A DNA stretch of 64,000 bases. It comes from Nitrospirota bacterium. GTDB taxonomy: Bacteria; Nitrospirota; UBA9217. Positions 49,898 through 59,854 of the stretch are shown in pieces. The stretch's first letter is position 1. The number at the start of each line of letters is the position of its first letter. The translations under genes were made by a program, and so were the position numbers. The stretch covers positions 1,445-65,444 of the forward strand of contig JALNZF010000014.1 in the NCBI GenBank assembly GCA_023229435.1, written 5' to 3'. The notes beneath the pieces are model-generated. The model was given only the letters and a program-made list of their open reading frames with translations, did no database searches and was not told the origin of the DNA.

Positions 49898-49930
49898 TCA
49901 GTTCGGAGTTATGAGTTCGTAGTTCGGAGT
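49898..49930. repeat. gttcggag-family repeat, copy 1 (direct)
   Basis: cagttcggagttatgagttcgtagttcggagtaatg. Confidence 0.75.
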
Positions 49931-49936
49931 AATGTA

Positions 49937-50728
49937 ATGAAAACCGCGGTAGAAATATATAAGTTCCTGCCTAAAACCAACTGCGGCAAGTGCGGCCTTC
50001 CAAGTTGTTTCGGCTTTGCCGCGAAACTTGCCACGCACCAGGCCTCACCGGATGATTGTCCTTCCATGACCGAGGCGGGGCGAGAAGCACTGCGGGAGGC
50101 GGACCATGGACAACGCAACTCGCCCGGCACGGTGTATGAGCAGGCACTGGCGTCCTTGCAGCCCAGGATTCAAGCATTGGATTTCGAGAAAACAGCGCGC
50201 CTGTTCGGCGTGATAATCACCGGTCCTGACACTTTTAAGCTCGAGTTCCTGAATGAAAACTACGTGGTCACGAAAGAAAAGATCCTGGACCCCACGGGCA
50301 AGGAACCGCGCCCCTGGATATCGATCCTCATCTACAACCATCTCTGCATGCCTGATCCACCTTCATTGTCGGGAGAATGGGTCACCTTCGGTTCGGTGCC
50401 TGCATCCCATGCCAAGGACAAGGCGTGGGCCGCTCATGTCGAGGACGTGATCGCTAAACATTTTTCCGAAAAGGTGGATGCGCTCAAAACCGCGTGCGAG
50501 CGGCTCGGGGGAGTTAAAGCGGACGTACCGGGAAACCACGACGCGGCCTATGCATTCAGGTTCTTCCCTCACTATCCCGCTCTATTGCTGTTCTCTGATG
50601 CTGTTCCTGATGAAGATTTCCCCGTACAATGCAGACTGCTTCTGGACAGGACCGCGCCGCGTTATCTGGACATTGAGTCGATGGTGGTTTTGGGAGAGGA
50701 GTTTGCTACGCGGCTTACAGCCGCGTAG
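49937..50728 (+). CDS. DUF3786-like protein with N-terminal putative 4Fe-4S binding domain
   Basis: N-terminus YKFLPKTNCGKCGLPSCFGFAAKLA matches the RnfB/CdhD-type Fe-S domain motif. The remainder resembles DUF3786. This assignment is from memory. Confidence 0.6.
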   Translation: MKTAVEIYKFLPKTNCGKCGLPSCFGFAAKLATHQASPDDCPSMTEAGREALREADHGQRNSPGTVYEQALASLQPRIQALDFEKTARLFGVIITGPDTFKLEFLNENYVVTKEKILDPTGKEPRPWISILIYNHLCMPDPPSLSGEWVTFGSVPASHAKDKAWAAHVEDVIAKHFSEKVDALKTACERLGGVKADVPGNHDAAYAFRFFPHYPALLLFSDAVPDEDFPVQCRLLLDRTAPRYLDIESMVVLGEEFATRLTAA

Positions 50729-50760
50729 TTCGGAGTTATGAGTTCGTAGTTCGTAGCTAG
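50725..50760. repeat. gttcggag-family repeat, copy 2 (direct)
   Basis: gtagttcggagttatgagttcgtagttcgtagctag. Confidence 0.75.
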
Positions 50761-51113
50761 AGTGATTTCATGAGTCCAGTCAGCATTTTCGACAATTCAA
50801 TGCACTGCGACCTTGATTGACTTCTTTCCTCGCTACGGACATAAGTTTGCCGATATACAATCTCGGTTATCGCAACGCATTCTCTGGCGGATCTTCGCGA
50901 TATTTTGAGGTAGTGCTTGAATTCAGTTTTGCTGCCACCGCTTCCCTCCGCAATATTCAAGCATATCGAAGTTGCCGCTCTTCTGAATTGATCTGTCAAA
51001 GAAAATAACTCTTCCTTCGGAAATGTCTTCGTGAACTTATAAACAAAATCAACATATTCCAAAGCTCGTTGATAAACCTTCAGGTTTTCAAAATCAAACT
51101 TTTCTTCGCTCAT
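50757..51113 (-). CDS. Four-helix-bundle protein (23S rRNA intervening-sequence protein family)
   Basis: ..FENLKVYQRALEYVDFVYKFTKTFPKEELFSLTDQFRRAATSICLNIAEGSG..F..YL.IS.RS..E is the family signature. ATG 51113 follows GGGGAG. Confidence 0.8.
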   Translation of the reverse strand: MSEEKFDFENLKVYQRALEYVDFVYKFTKTFPKEELFSLTDQFRRAATSICLNIAEGSGGSKTEFKHYLKISRRSARECVAITEIVYRQTYVRSEERSQSRSQCIELSKMLTGLMKSL

Positions 51114-51135
51114 TTTGCTCCCCACTTTTTCCAGT

Positions 51136-51168
51136 CTCCGAACTCCGAACTCATAACTCCGAACTATT
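51136..51168. repeat. gttcggag-family repeat, copy 3 (inverted)
   Basis: ctccgaactccgaactcataactccgaactatt is the reverse complement of aatagttcggagttatgagttcggagttcggag. Confidence 0.75.
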
Positions 51169-51170
51169 TC

Positions 51171-51938
51171 TTATTCACGCTTAACCGCGTGAATAAGAAA
51201 TTCCACATTCCCGTCTTGGCCCTGAATCGGTGAAGAAATTATACCCTTCACGTCAAGACCGATACTTCGGATAAAATCCTCGATTCTTTTGACTGCCGCA
51301 TTTCTCGCGCCCTCATCCCGTACGATACCACCCTTACCTACCTGTTCTTTCCCCACCTCGAACTGGGGTTTGATGAGTGCGATGAGATCCGCATGCGGCT
51401 TGAGGAACTGCAGGATGGAAGGAACGACCTTTTCGAGGGAAATGAACGAGACGTCGATAACCGCGATATCAATGGGTTCAGGTATAAGCACAGGATCGAT
51501 GTGACGAATGTTCACCCTTTCGATGACAACGACGCGCGGGTCCTGCCTGAGCTTCCAGGCCAACTGGCCGTAGCCCACGTCCACGGCATAGACCTTTGAG
51601 CATCCATGCTGGAGCAGGCAGTCGGTAAAGCCGCCGGTGGACGCACCCACATCAAGGGCAGTCTTGTTTTCCGCGGAGACCTTGAATTCCTTCAAAGCCG
51701 CTTCAAGCTTCACGCCTCCCCGGCTCACATAGGGAAGTTGCTCTCCGAGAATTCGGATTTCAGCGTCTTCAGGCACAAGCCCGCCGGACTTGTCCCGCTT
51801 CTGACCGTTCACGAGGACATTTCCGGCAAGGATCATCGCCTGTCCTCGCTCACGGCTTTCCACCAGGCCGCGCTCAACAAGCAGTCGGTCAAGACGAACT
51901 TTATTTGCTTTCTTGTTTTCTGGTTTATGAGCAGGCAT
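51171..51938 (-). CDS. tlyA: TlyA-family rRNA 2'-O-methyltransferase (S4 + FtsJ domains)
   Basis: RLDRLLVERGL..SR..A..I..G.V.VNG and SAM motif ALDVGASTGGFTDCLL. Confidence 0.88.
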   Translation of the reverse strand: MPAHKPENKKANKVRLDRLLVERGLVESRERGQAMILAGNVLVNGQKRDKSGGLVPEDAEIRILGEQLPYVSRGGVKLEAALKEFKVSAENKTALDVGASTGGFTDCLLQHGCSKVYAVDVGYGQLAWKLRQDPRVVVIERVNIRHIDPVLIPEPIDIAVIDVSFISLEKVVPSILQFLKPHADLIALIKPQFEVGKEQVGKGGIVRDEGARNAAVKRIEDFIRSIGLDVKGIISSPIQGQDGNVEFLIHAVKRE

Positions 51939-51980
51939 AGTAACAATGAGCGAGACGTTGCCTCAGACCAACGATTCAGG

Positions 51981-52063
51981 CCCCCTCACCCCAGCCCTCT
52001 CCCCGATGGGGCGAGGGAGTTTATATTTCCTCTCCAATCAGGGGAGAGGATTAAGGTGAGGGG
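51981..52063. repeat. REP-like element, copy 5 (full length)
   Basis: ccccctcaccccagccctctccccgatggggcgagggag..cctctccaatcaggggagaggattaaggtgagggg. Confidence 0.75.
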
Positions 52064-52267
52064 TAGTTGCCTGTAAATAAATAACTAAACTCAAAATTAG
52101 AGATCTAAGCTTTAAGAGCACGTTGATTTTAGAATTGAGCGTACCAGAAGCGGAACAGCCTGTCAACGGTCAATCATCTCATCAATTATCCATGGACACC
52201 TTTTACCGGCAGGATTAAACTATTAATCGATAAATACGTCTAAATAGCAAGAATGGAGGGTTTACCT

Positions 52268-52615
52268 ATGAGAAGCACAAGCGTGTTATTTTGTCTTCTT
52301 GCCTTTATGGCAATACCCTGCGTTAACGCCTACGCCGATTCGCTTGACTGCAAGGGAGGAATTGTCTCTGTCGGCGATTCCCGCGTTGACCTGATGACGA
52401 AATGCGGTGAGCCCGACTGGAAAGACTCGCATAACGAAGAAATCAGCGAACGGCTTGACAAGGATACAAGAAACAAACTGATCGTCACTGTCGATGAATG
52501 GACCTATAATTTCGGCCCAAGTCAGTTCATACGGATTGTCACGATGAGAAACGGCAGGATTGCGGATATCCGGACCGGCGGCTATGGGTACAACAAGAGT
52601 ACGAAGCCCGAATAA
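52268..52615 (+). CDS. DUF2845-like small secreted protein
   Basis: Signal peptide MRSTSVLFCLLAFMAIPCVNAYA. ..G.S...V...CGEP.. pattern. GGAGGG RBS 7 nt before ATG 52268. Confidence 0.65.
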   Translation: MRSTSVLFCLLAFMAIPCVNAYADSLDCKGGIVSVGDSRVDLMTKCGEPDWKDSHNEEISERLDKDTRNKLIVTVDEWTYNFGPSQFIRIVTMRNGRIADIRTGGYGYNKSTKPE

Positions 52616-52679
52616 CACGAGTGCAGCGATGAAATCGTCTCGATCTGAGAAGTGAGAAAAGCAACGACTACAGCACGCA

Positions 52680-52761
52680 CCCCTCACCTTGTACTCCACT
52701 CCATGGAGAGGACAATCTAAACTCACCCTCGCCCTTGTGGGGAGAGGGTTGGGGTGAGGGG
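52680..52761. repeat. REP-like element, copy 6
   Basis: cccctcaccttgtactccactccatggagagg..ctcaccctcgcccttgtggggagagggttggggtgagggg. Confidence 0.75.
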
Positions 52762-52981
52762 TTTTTCTCTCATCTCCTGCGCACCGTTTAATCCCACCTC
52801 GCGAACGCCTTGTGATACAGCTAACGCAGTTACGCCTCCAAGTGAGTACGCCCTGCCGGGCGCACCATAAAAAAGGGCCGAAATAAATCTCCGGCCCTTG
52901 ACTGTTTCATTTCTATTTCACCTTCTTCGTATCGGGCTTAAGGGAGCTGACATTCCAAAGACCGATCCCCTGCCATACCAG

Positions 52982-55900
52982 TTACCAACTTAACGTCCCG
53001 CTTGTCGCCTTGACGTTGTTGGTTTCGTTGTACTCGTTTATCGTGCTGTCCGCATCGTCCACAACCAGTACATAATAGCTCTCCCCGGTAACTGCACCAC
53101 TCGGTTTGTAACAGGTCTTGTTGCTCGTGCTGCTGCTCGATCCGGCAGACAACGAACTCACCGTGCGGCTGCACGTTCCCGTACCATTGGAAGCGCTTGC
53201 CAGGGCAATATCACCGGAACCATACGTCCTGTCTGTCGACAGGTAATACCTGATGGTGAAACTTCCGGTCCCACTGCTCCCCTGGTTATTCACCGTTTCA
53301 CTCACCCGAACTGTGGTGGCGCTGTACTTCGTTGCATTCATTGCCGTGGGTTCAAGATCGATGCTGACGCAATTTCCGGACTGGCATGTGCCATTAGGAA
53401 CCTCGGTACAGTCTGTTCCATCGGCAACCGATACATAGACGCATGCGCCAGTCTCCGGATCGCAAGAATCGTTTGTGCAAATATTGCTGTCATCGCATCG
53501 CACGACAGCATCATCGCAGAGCTCGACAACCGTTCCGCGAAAGATGAACGTAAAATTCACGCCGGCCATTGGTCCAGCCGGCAACACCTGTGAGTAGCTC
53601 ATGCTCCAGGTTTTGTGGACGGGATCGCTCTGATCGATCTGATAGTCGTTGACGAAGATGCCATTTATCTGATCCCACGTGCATGATGGTAGGGTACATC
53701 CGGCAGCGCTGCCAAACGGGATTATACTGCCATTCCACGCTTCGTTGAATACCTTGAGCTCGGTTTTGTAAATACAGTCCGCCCCCGTACATGAGGTGCT
53801 ATTGAATATGTTGAGGGTGCCGGACGAGCTTGTGAAAAACGTGGCGTAGCCGCCTGCGCCCCCCCACGCGTTGGTCAACTCGCCGTCTGTTGCAATATTC
53901 GAGATTTCCTGCCCGCCGGATGCCTGGGCCTTGCCTACCACGAAACCACCGTCTGTGCCTGGACCAAAATCAGTCCAGTAGATACTGCCAGGGCTTAGCT
54001 CCATGCCGAAGCACGACCCTGTTTCACACGGGGTATTCAGCCCTGACCCCGTACCCTGGTCGATGCCAAGTAGTGTCCCTGCTGGCAGGGAAATGCCAGG
54101 GAGTCCACAGGTTGGTGAGATTAGTGTGTTGAGACAAGCGCCCGTTGCAGTATCACAGGTGTCGGTTGTGCAAATGTTGTTGTCATTGCAGTTCTTTGAC
54201 GTTCCGGGAACACAAACTCCACCGGCACATCTATCGCTCAACGTGCAGGCATTATTGTCGGTGCATAGAGCGGTATTATTCATATGTATGCAAGCACCTG
54301 TTGTCGCATTGCAGAAATCGGATGTGCAAATGTTGTTATCATTGCAGTTCTTGGCTTTTCCCTTGCAAACTCCGTTCGAACAAATGTCATTTTCTGTGCA
54401 AAGTTTGTTGTCGTTGCATACCGCCATATTGTTGGTGTGTATGCAAGCGCCTGTTTGAGGATCGCAGAAATCGTCTGTGCAGGCATTGTTGTCGTTGCAA
54501 ACAATCGGGGTGTAGACGCACCCGACGGACGGATTGCACGTATCAATCGTGCAGGCATTGTTGTCATTGCAGACAATCGGTGTGTAGACGCAGCCGGTCG
54601 CTGTATTGCAGGTGTCGATGGTGCAGGCGTTGTTGTCATTGCAACAGGATATATCATATTCATCGGCGCCGATGTCAGGAGGGTTATCCCTTAACTGACC
54701 ATCTAAATCGTCGATAACCAAGCCAGTGCTAACGCCCTTATCAATATATGGCGAACTACACATTAAATGAAAATCTCCTGAATCGGGAGCAACAAACATT
54801 GGATCAATGTTTTCCAAATTGCCACCGCCGGATTGATCTAAAAACAATTGATTAGAATAACCATTCCAACCGTTATTGTGGATAGAATTACTTACAACGC
54901 TTATAACGCTATTCTCCAGATAAAATTCTCCCGAAAGATTATTTGAGGAAATGTTGTTAACTAAATTCCAATTTGTGCAATTTTCATCTGCCAATACTGA
55001 ATTGTATTTTACCGATGAAAATATCCTAAAACCAACTCCATGGTTGTTACTGGACGTATTGTTCATCACAAATACAGTAGAAGGCTCATAATCGCAATGA
55101 TCGCCAGCCGTAAAGGATAATGAATAACGGTCTGCCCATGGAGTGAGAACAAAACCGTCTCCAGCATTCGCATATGAGACAGAATTGAAAACCTTATTAC
55201 CGTTGACTCCTAAGATGTGAAATCCATCTCTTCCACTATGGTGGGACGAAATATTCCTCCAAATACCGTTTTCAGCAAGTCCGCCTCCAATTATTACACC
55301 TGTATCTCCAGAATAGCCAACATCTATATCTGCAATCTCCACAATTCCGCAGTTTCCATGTTCGTACCCATGGTAAAAGTAGCGCAAATTAGCACCATAC
55401 AAGCTCATATGCGTACATCCTTCAATCCCAGTTGTCTGGCCACTTACACATTCAATGGGTAGGCTTGATGGGTCTATTGTATCGTTTCTATAAGTTATTA
55501 TTTGCGTGGTAGGATCATAAACATATTGGTTATCATTCGTAATCGTATTGACTCTTTCAATTTTCTGTGGTGTTATTCCATCAATGTACAACGCAATAAT
55601 ATCAACGTTTGCCGTAGACGTATCTGAATACTGTGCACTATAAAGTTTCTCTGGACTTGACCCCGAAATCAAGTTCCAGCCACCAACCGGGATCTGTTGA
55701 CTTCCATATAATTTTGCTCGTTTTTTTCCTCGTTCAGCAGGATTTTCAGTACTGCCGGTAGCATCAAAAAAGAAATTCAATCCACCAAGAACAAGAAATA
55801 TATTATTCTTTCTTCGATAGGGGGTTTCTGTAGCCTTAATGTAAATATTAGGAGAAGGACCCCCTGGTGGTACTTGCATCGCAATGCCAAATACAGGAGC

Positions 55901-56053
55901 TAAAGACTCAAAAGCATCATTCCAACTAGTGCCACTGTTATTATCGGCTCCACCTTCATTGTTTACAAAATAATTTTCTGCATAACCATAACACACGGAA
56001 TTGATCAGTAAAAAAATAACCACCCACAGAAATAAAAGATGCTTTCTTCTCAT
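52982..56053 (-). CDS. 1023-aa secreted protein with a beta-helix-like N-terminal region, about 8 Cys-rich CNDNN.CT.D.C repeats and a C-terminal CARDB-like domain
   Basis: Signal peptide MRRKHLLFLWVVIFLLINSVCYG. Repeats CNDNNACTIDTCN..GCVYTPIV and similar. C-terminus ..VSETVNNQGSSGTGSFTIRYYLSTD..YYVLVVDDADSTINEYNETNN (CARDB pattern). GAGGAGG RBS. Confidence 0.8.
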   Translation of the reverse strand: MRRKHLLFLWVVIFLLINSVCYGYAENYFVNNEGGADNNSGTSWNDAFESLAPVFGIAMQVPPGGPSPNIYIKATETPYRRKNNIFLVLGGLNFFFDATGSTENPAERGKKRAKLYGSQQIPVGGWNLISGSSPEKLYSAQYSDTSTANVDIIALYIDGITPQKIERVNTITNDNQYVYDPTTQIITYRNDTIDPSSLPIECVSGQTTGIEGCTHMSLYGANLRYFYHGYEHGNCGIVEIADIDVGYSGDTGVIIGGGLAENGIWRNISSHHSGRDGFHILGVNGNKVFNSVSYANAGDGFVLTPWADRYSLSFTAGDHCDYEPSTVFVMNNTSSNNHGVGFRIFSSVKYNSVLADENCTNWNLVNNISSNNLSGEFYLENSVISVVSNSIHNNGWNGYSNQLFLDQSGGGNLENIDPMFVAPDSGDFHLMCSSPYIDKGVSTGLVIDDLDGQLRDNPPDIGADEYDISCCNDNNACTIDTCNTATGCVYTPIVCNDNNACTIDTCNPSVGCVYTPIVCNDNNACTDDFCDPQTGACIHTNNMAVCNDNKLCTENDICSNGVCKGKAKNCNDNNICTSDFCNATTGACIHMNNTALCTDNNACTLSDRCAGGVCVPGTSKNCNDNNICTTDTCDTATGACLNTLISPTCGLPGISLPAGTLLGIDQGTGSGLNTPCETGSCFGMELSPGSIYWTDFGPGTDGGFVVGKAQASGGQEISNIATDGELTNAWGGAGGYATFFTSSSGTLNIFNSTSCTGADCIYKTELKVFNEAWNGSIIPFGSAAGCTLPSCTWDQINGIFVNDYQIDQSDPVHKTWSMSYSQVLPAGPMAGVNFTFIFRGTVVELCDDAVVRCDDSNICTNDSCDPETGACVYVSVADGTDCTEVPNGTCQSGNCVSIDLEPTAMNATKYSATTVRVSETVNNQGSSGTGSFTIRYYLSTDRTYGSGDIALASASNGTGTCSRTVSSLSAGSSSSTSNKTCYKPSGAVTGESYYVLVVDDADSTINEYNETNNVKATSGTLSW

Positions 56054-56131
56054 GTCAATTTCCTCCTCGTTAATTATTGCGATTTTCCCGACTTACATTA
56101 TAGAAGATGTACCGAACAAAACGGCAGGCTG

Positions 56132-56521
56132 TTACGCAACAGGCGGTGAAGGATCCGAAGATAAGGGAGGACAGGCTTGAAATATTTTTAGAGCACATAA
56201 TTGAACATCTCTCCTGATGATATGACATGCCGTGCCATCTATTGCCAGGGCCTCCACCAAAAGCGCGTGATCATCAAGTTTCCGCTCGGATGCGCTTTTC
56301 AAAGCATGGAGGGAATTGAGGGCATCATTCAATTTCAGGTCATTAATACTGACTGGCAAATCTGAATCAATGAGGTCATCAAAAAATACGGGAGAAGGGC
56401 ACAAGGAATCCGTATAGGCATCAGCGAGCGGGGCTATCGCAAAAACAGTGAGGAACAGCAGGAATAACAGCCTGTATACCCTGCACTGGCGCACGTCACA
56501 ATTCATGCTATTTTTCAACAT
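56132..56521 (-). CDS. Hypothetical small secreted or membrane protein
   Basis: 129-aa ORF with a hydrophobic N-terminal segment (LLFLLFLTVFAIAPLADA), directly upstream of the large secreted protein gene. No recognisable domain. Confidence 0.45.
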   Translation of the reverse strand: MLKNSMNCDVRQCRVYRLLFLLFLTVFAIAPLADAYTDSLCPSPVFFDDLIDSDLPVSINDLKLNDALNSLHALKSASERKLDDHALLVEALAIDGTACHIIRRDVQLCALKIFQACPPLSSDPSPPVA

Positions 56522-56914
56522 GCGTTATTCCGCTTTCTTTGTGGAGCTATTCGATGAGGATCGATCCGAGCGAAGGGATTGCGCCCGCCGATACCAAAAA
56601 GCTTTTCTGATGTGGCAAAAGCGGCAGGTCTACTTACGGAATATTATTTTATAACATTGTTATACTATGATAGGAGTATGTTTGTCAGATATTGCTATTA
56701 ATGTCAACTTTTTTATGAATAAAGTAACTGAGGGAGTTTGACTGAAGATTGAGGCATAAACTCTTCAACGGTAGTTGAGATCGCTTCATAATCTGGCTTT
56801 ATTTCGTAACCCGGACAAGCCGGAACAAATTTACCACGAAGACACAAAGGCACGAAGAAATACATGCGTGACTTCAGGGTTTAACAATAGTGTTCCGGTT
56901 TTGAACGCGTTGTT

Positions 56915-57265
56915 TCACCGCAAGGGGAGATACCGCACTTGCCCTTCCCACTCACCTTCGAGACTGAACTCCGCCAGCAAAAGAATATCCTCGATAACTG
57001 ATCCCATGGGAATTCCCCGGCTGACCTCAAAAACGCCCGGCATGGCCTTGCCCGCGCTGACGCGTTCATAGGCGTAGTGGGTGATTGTGCAGACATCGTG
57101 CGTAAGCAATACGCGCCCTTCGCGCGCCGCCCACTCTAAAACTGCCGGATCATCAGCGCCTGACAAACCGACATCCTGAACACGCACGATATCCAAGTTG
57201 GGTTTTCGACGCCGTAATCCGCGTACAATGTCATTATTGAGGTTTTCGTCGGCGAGCAAAAGCAT
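56915..57265 (-). CDS. DUF5615-type PIN-like (Mut7-C-like) putative toxin
   Basis: MLLLADENLNNDIVRGLRRR.P.LD...VQD.GL.GADD..VLEWAA.EGRVLLTHD is the family pattern. Confidence 0.7.
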   Translation of the reverse strand: MLLLADENLNNDIVRGLRRRKPNLDIVRVQDVGLSGADDPAVLEWAAREGRVLLTHDVCTITHYAYERVSAGKAMPGVFEVSRGIPMGSVIEDILLLAEFSLEGEWEGQVRYLPLR

Positions 57266-57270
57266 GATCG

Positions 57271-57600
57271 CTACCCCTGAATGCGACGTGTCAGCAAGCG
57301 ACCGCGCATGCCGTACGGGTCAAAGCGGGCTTCGTTTTGCTTTCGTACCGCATCTGCCTGGGTCCCTCGCTGCCGTACATAGGCATCTACTTCGCCCGAA
57401 TGTCTCAGATAGTAGCCGATCACCGCGTAGATATCGGCAAGATTCAAGGATGGGTACTGCTGGACGATCTCTTCAGCCGTCGCGCCTTCAGAAAAGGCCG
57501 CTATCACCGTCTCCAATGTTACGCGCGTTCCACCGACACGTACAACGCCGTTTGAATCAGCGCGCAACGGAATGACTTCATTAGCAATTGTGATGGTCAT
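57271..57600 (-). CDS. DUF433 protein (putative cognate antitoxin)
   Basis: ..GTRVTLETVIAAFSEGATAEEIVQQYPSLNLADIYAVIGYYL is the DUF433 core. ATG 57600 lies 8 nt after AAGGAGG. Confidence 0.7.
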   Translation of the reverse strand: MTITIANEVIPLRADSNGVVRVGGTRVTLETVIAAFSEGATAEEIVQQYPSLNLADIYAVIGYYLRHSGEVDAYVRQRGTQADAVRKQNEARFDPYGMRGRLLTRRIQG

Positions 57601-57686
57601 GGAATTTACCTCCTTTGCATCCATATTATATGACTATTGCGGTTTCGTCTACATTATTTTATAGCGCGGCCAAGGCCGCAACCAAT

Positions 57687-57768
57687 CCCCCTCACCTCTT
57701 ATCCTCTCCCTCCCCCGATAAAAGCATTCGAGGGCAGGCTCCGGGGAGAGGAAGTGATGGAGAGGGTG
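57687..57768. repeat. REP-like element, copy 7 (contains the ttcgagggcaggc module)
   Basis: ccccctcacctcttatcctctccctcccccgataaaagcattcgagggcaggctccggggagaggaagtgatggagagggtg. Confidence 0.7.
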
Positions 57769-57812
57769 CTTCTCCATCATAGTGATAGGGCTGAGGGCCT
57801 CCCGCAGTCCGC

Positions 57813-59735
57813 CTACACGTCCATTGCCCTGATCTGAGTCACCGGCGCGACCACCTTCAACCGGGTCTTCTCGATAAATTCCCTGACCGAAGCATAAATT
57901 CCATCGGCATCCAGACCATACTTCCGCCGGAGGATCTGCTGTGCTCCGTGCTCGATGAACGCATCCGGCACACCGATTCGATGCGTCTTGATCCCGGCAA
58001 CGCTGTTTGCATCGAGGCATTCGAGCACCGCGCTTCCAAAGCCGCCGGAGAGGGCGTGCTCCTCGACGGTTACGATCCTTCCTGTCTTCTTTGCAACGGA
58101 AATGATCATCGTTTCATCGAGCGGTTTCACGAACCGCGCGTTCACCACTGATGCGGAGATCCCTTCGTCCTCAAGCCGTTTTGCGGCTTCCATCGACGGG
58201 CCGACCATGTTGCCGATTGCGATGATGGCGACATCGTTCCCGTTCCTGATCAATTCGGCCTTCCCGATCTCGAGCGTCTTCAACTCCTGGTCCATGGGAA
58301 CGCCGCAACCGGTGCCGCGAGGATAGCGCACTGCCGAAGGACCGTTGTATTCCACCGCCGTCTTGAGCATATGCTGAAGCTCGTTCTCGTCCTTGGGGGC
58401 CATCATCACGATGTTCGGGATGTGGCGCAGGTAGGCGATATCAAACACGCCGTGGTGCGATGGCCCGTCCTCGCCTACGAGGCCGGCGCGGTCAAGCGCG
58501 AGCGTCACCGGCAGGTTCTGGAGACAGAGGTCGTGCACTATCTGGTCATAGGCGCGCTGGGTGAACGTGGAGTAGATGGCGGCAACCGGATGCATCCCCT
58601 CCACGGCAAGTCCGCAGGCAAACGTGACGCCGTGGGACTCGGCAATGCCCACGTCAAAGAACCTGTCGGGAAAGCGTTCGGCGAACTTGTCGAGCCCGGT
58701 GCCCTCGGACATGGCCGCCGAGATGGCGACGATCTTTTCGTTGTCCTCGGCGAGACTGATCATGGTCTGTCCGAACACCTCGGTGTAGCTCATGACGGAC
58801 TGCTTTTTTACGGTAACCTTGCCCGTTGCCGGATCAAAGGGAGGCACGCCGTGATACTGCGACGGTCTGCACTCCGCGAACTCGCAGCCTTTTCCCTTTT
58901 TGGTAATAACATGCACCAGGACCGGCCAGGTGTATTCCTGGATATTCCGGAAGGTCTCGAGCATATGGTCGATATTATGGCCGTCGATGGGTCCGATGTA
59001 CTGGAATCCCAGGTCCTCGAACAACATTCCCGGCACCATCAGGCCCTTGATAGAGTCCTCGGCCTTCTTCGCAAGATTGAACATGGACTCGCCTACCTTG
59101 GGGATGCCCTGCAGGAAGTTCTTGGTCTCCCGGCGCAGCCTGGTGTAAAAGTGCCCGGTCAGCATTCTGCTGAGATACGATGAAAGCGCCCCCACGTTCG
59201 GCGATATGGACATCTCGTTGTCGTTCAGGATCACGATGAGCTTCTTTTTCAAATGTCCCGCCTGGTTCAATCCCTCGAACGCCAGCCCCGCGGAGATGGA
59301 CCCGTCTCCGATCACGGCGATCACGTGGAAGTCCTCTCCTTTGATGTCCCGTGCCGAGACCATGCCGAGGGCGGCGGAAATGGACGTACTGGCATGCCCC
59401 ACATCAAAATGGTCGTAAGGACTTTCCTCACGCTTGGGGAAACCGCTGATCCCGCCGTGCTGCCGCAGTGTCGGGAACCGGTGCCGTCTGCCGGTCAGTA
59501 TCTTGTGAGCATAGGCCTGGTGCCCCACATCCCAGACGATCTTGTCCGTAGGTGTATCAAAGGCGTAATGAAGCGCGATGGTCAGATCAACAACCCCCAG
59601 GCTCGGGGCAAGATGGCCTCCGGTCTGCGACACCACACTGATGATCTCCTTCCGGAGTTCCTCGGCAAGCGTCGGCAATTCCGCCGGGGGAAGCGTCCTC
59701 AGTTCTTGAACATTGTTCACTTTGTCGAGTATCAT
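57813..59735 (-). CDS. dxs: 1-deoxy-D-xylulose-5-phosphate synthase
   Basis: 640 aa. ..[37 protein letters not shown].., GDGS..AG.A.EGLN. Lies in the xseB-ispA-dxs arrangement. Confidence 0.96.
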   Translation of the reverse strand: MILDKVNNVQELRTLPPAELPTLAEELRKEIISVVSQTGGHLAPSLGVVDLTIALHYAFDTPTDKIVWDVGHQAYAHKILTGRRHRFPTLRQHGGISGFPKREESPYDHFDVGHASTSISAALGMVSARDIKGEDFHVIAVIGDGSISAGLAFEGLNQAGHLKKKLIVILNDNEMSISPNVGALSSYLSRMLTGHFYTRLRRETKNFLQGIPKVGESMFNLAKKAEDSIKGLMVPGMLFEDLGFQYIGPIDGHNIDHMLETFRNIQEYTWPVLVHVITKKGKGCEFAECRPSQYHGVPPFDPATGKVTVKKQSVMSYTEVFGQTMISLAEDNEKIVAISAAMSEGTGLDKFAERFPDRFFDVGIAESHGVTFACGLAVEGMHPVAAIYSTFTQRAYDQIVHDLCLQNLPVTLALDRAGLVGEDGPSHHGVFDIAYLRHIPNIVMMAPKDENELQHMLKTAVEYNGPSAVRYPRGTGCGVPMDQELKTLEIGKAELIRNGNDVAIIAIGNMVGPSMEAAKRLEDEGISASVVNARFVKPLDETMIISVAKKTGRIVTVEEHALSGGFGSAVLECLDANSVAGIKTHRIGVPDAFIEHGAQQILRRKYGLDADGIYASVREFIEKTRLKVVAPVTQIRAMDV

Positions 59736-59854
59736 GGATACCTCACGTGATAAGGTTACGGTGACGACGCCGGTTTCGGTTAGGGATTCGTTGTTCGTCT
59801 TAAGGACGCTTCACGTTACCGACAGACGATACGGGCTTCGTTGCCTTCCCCTCT

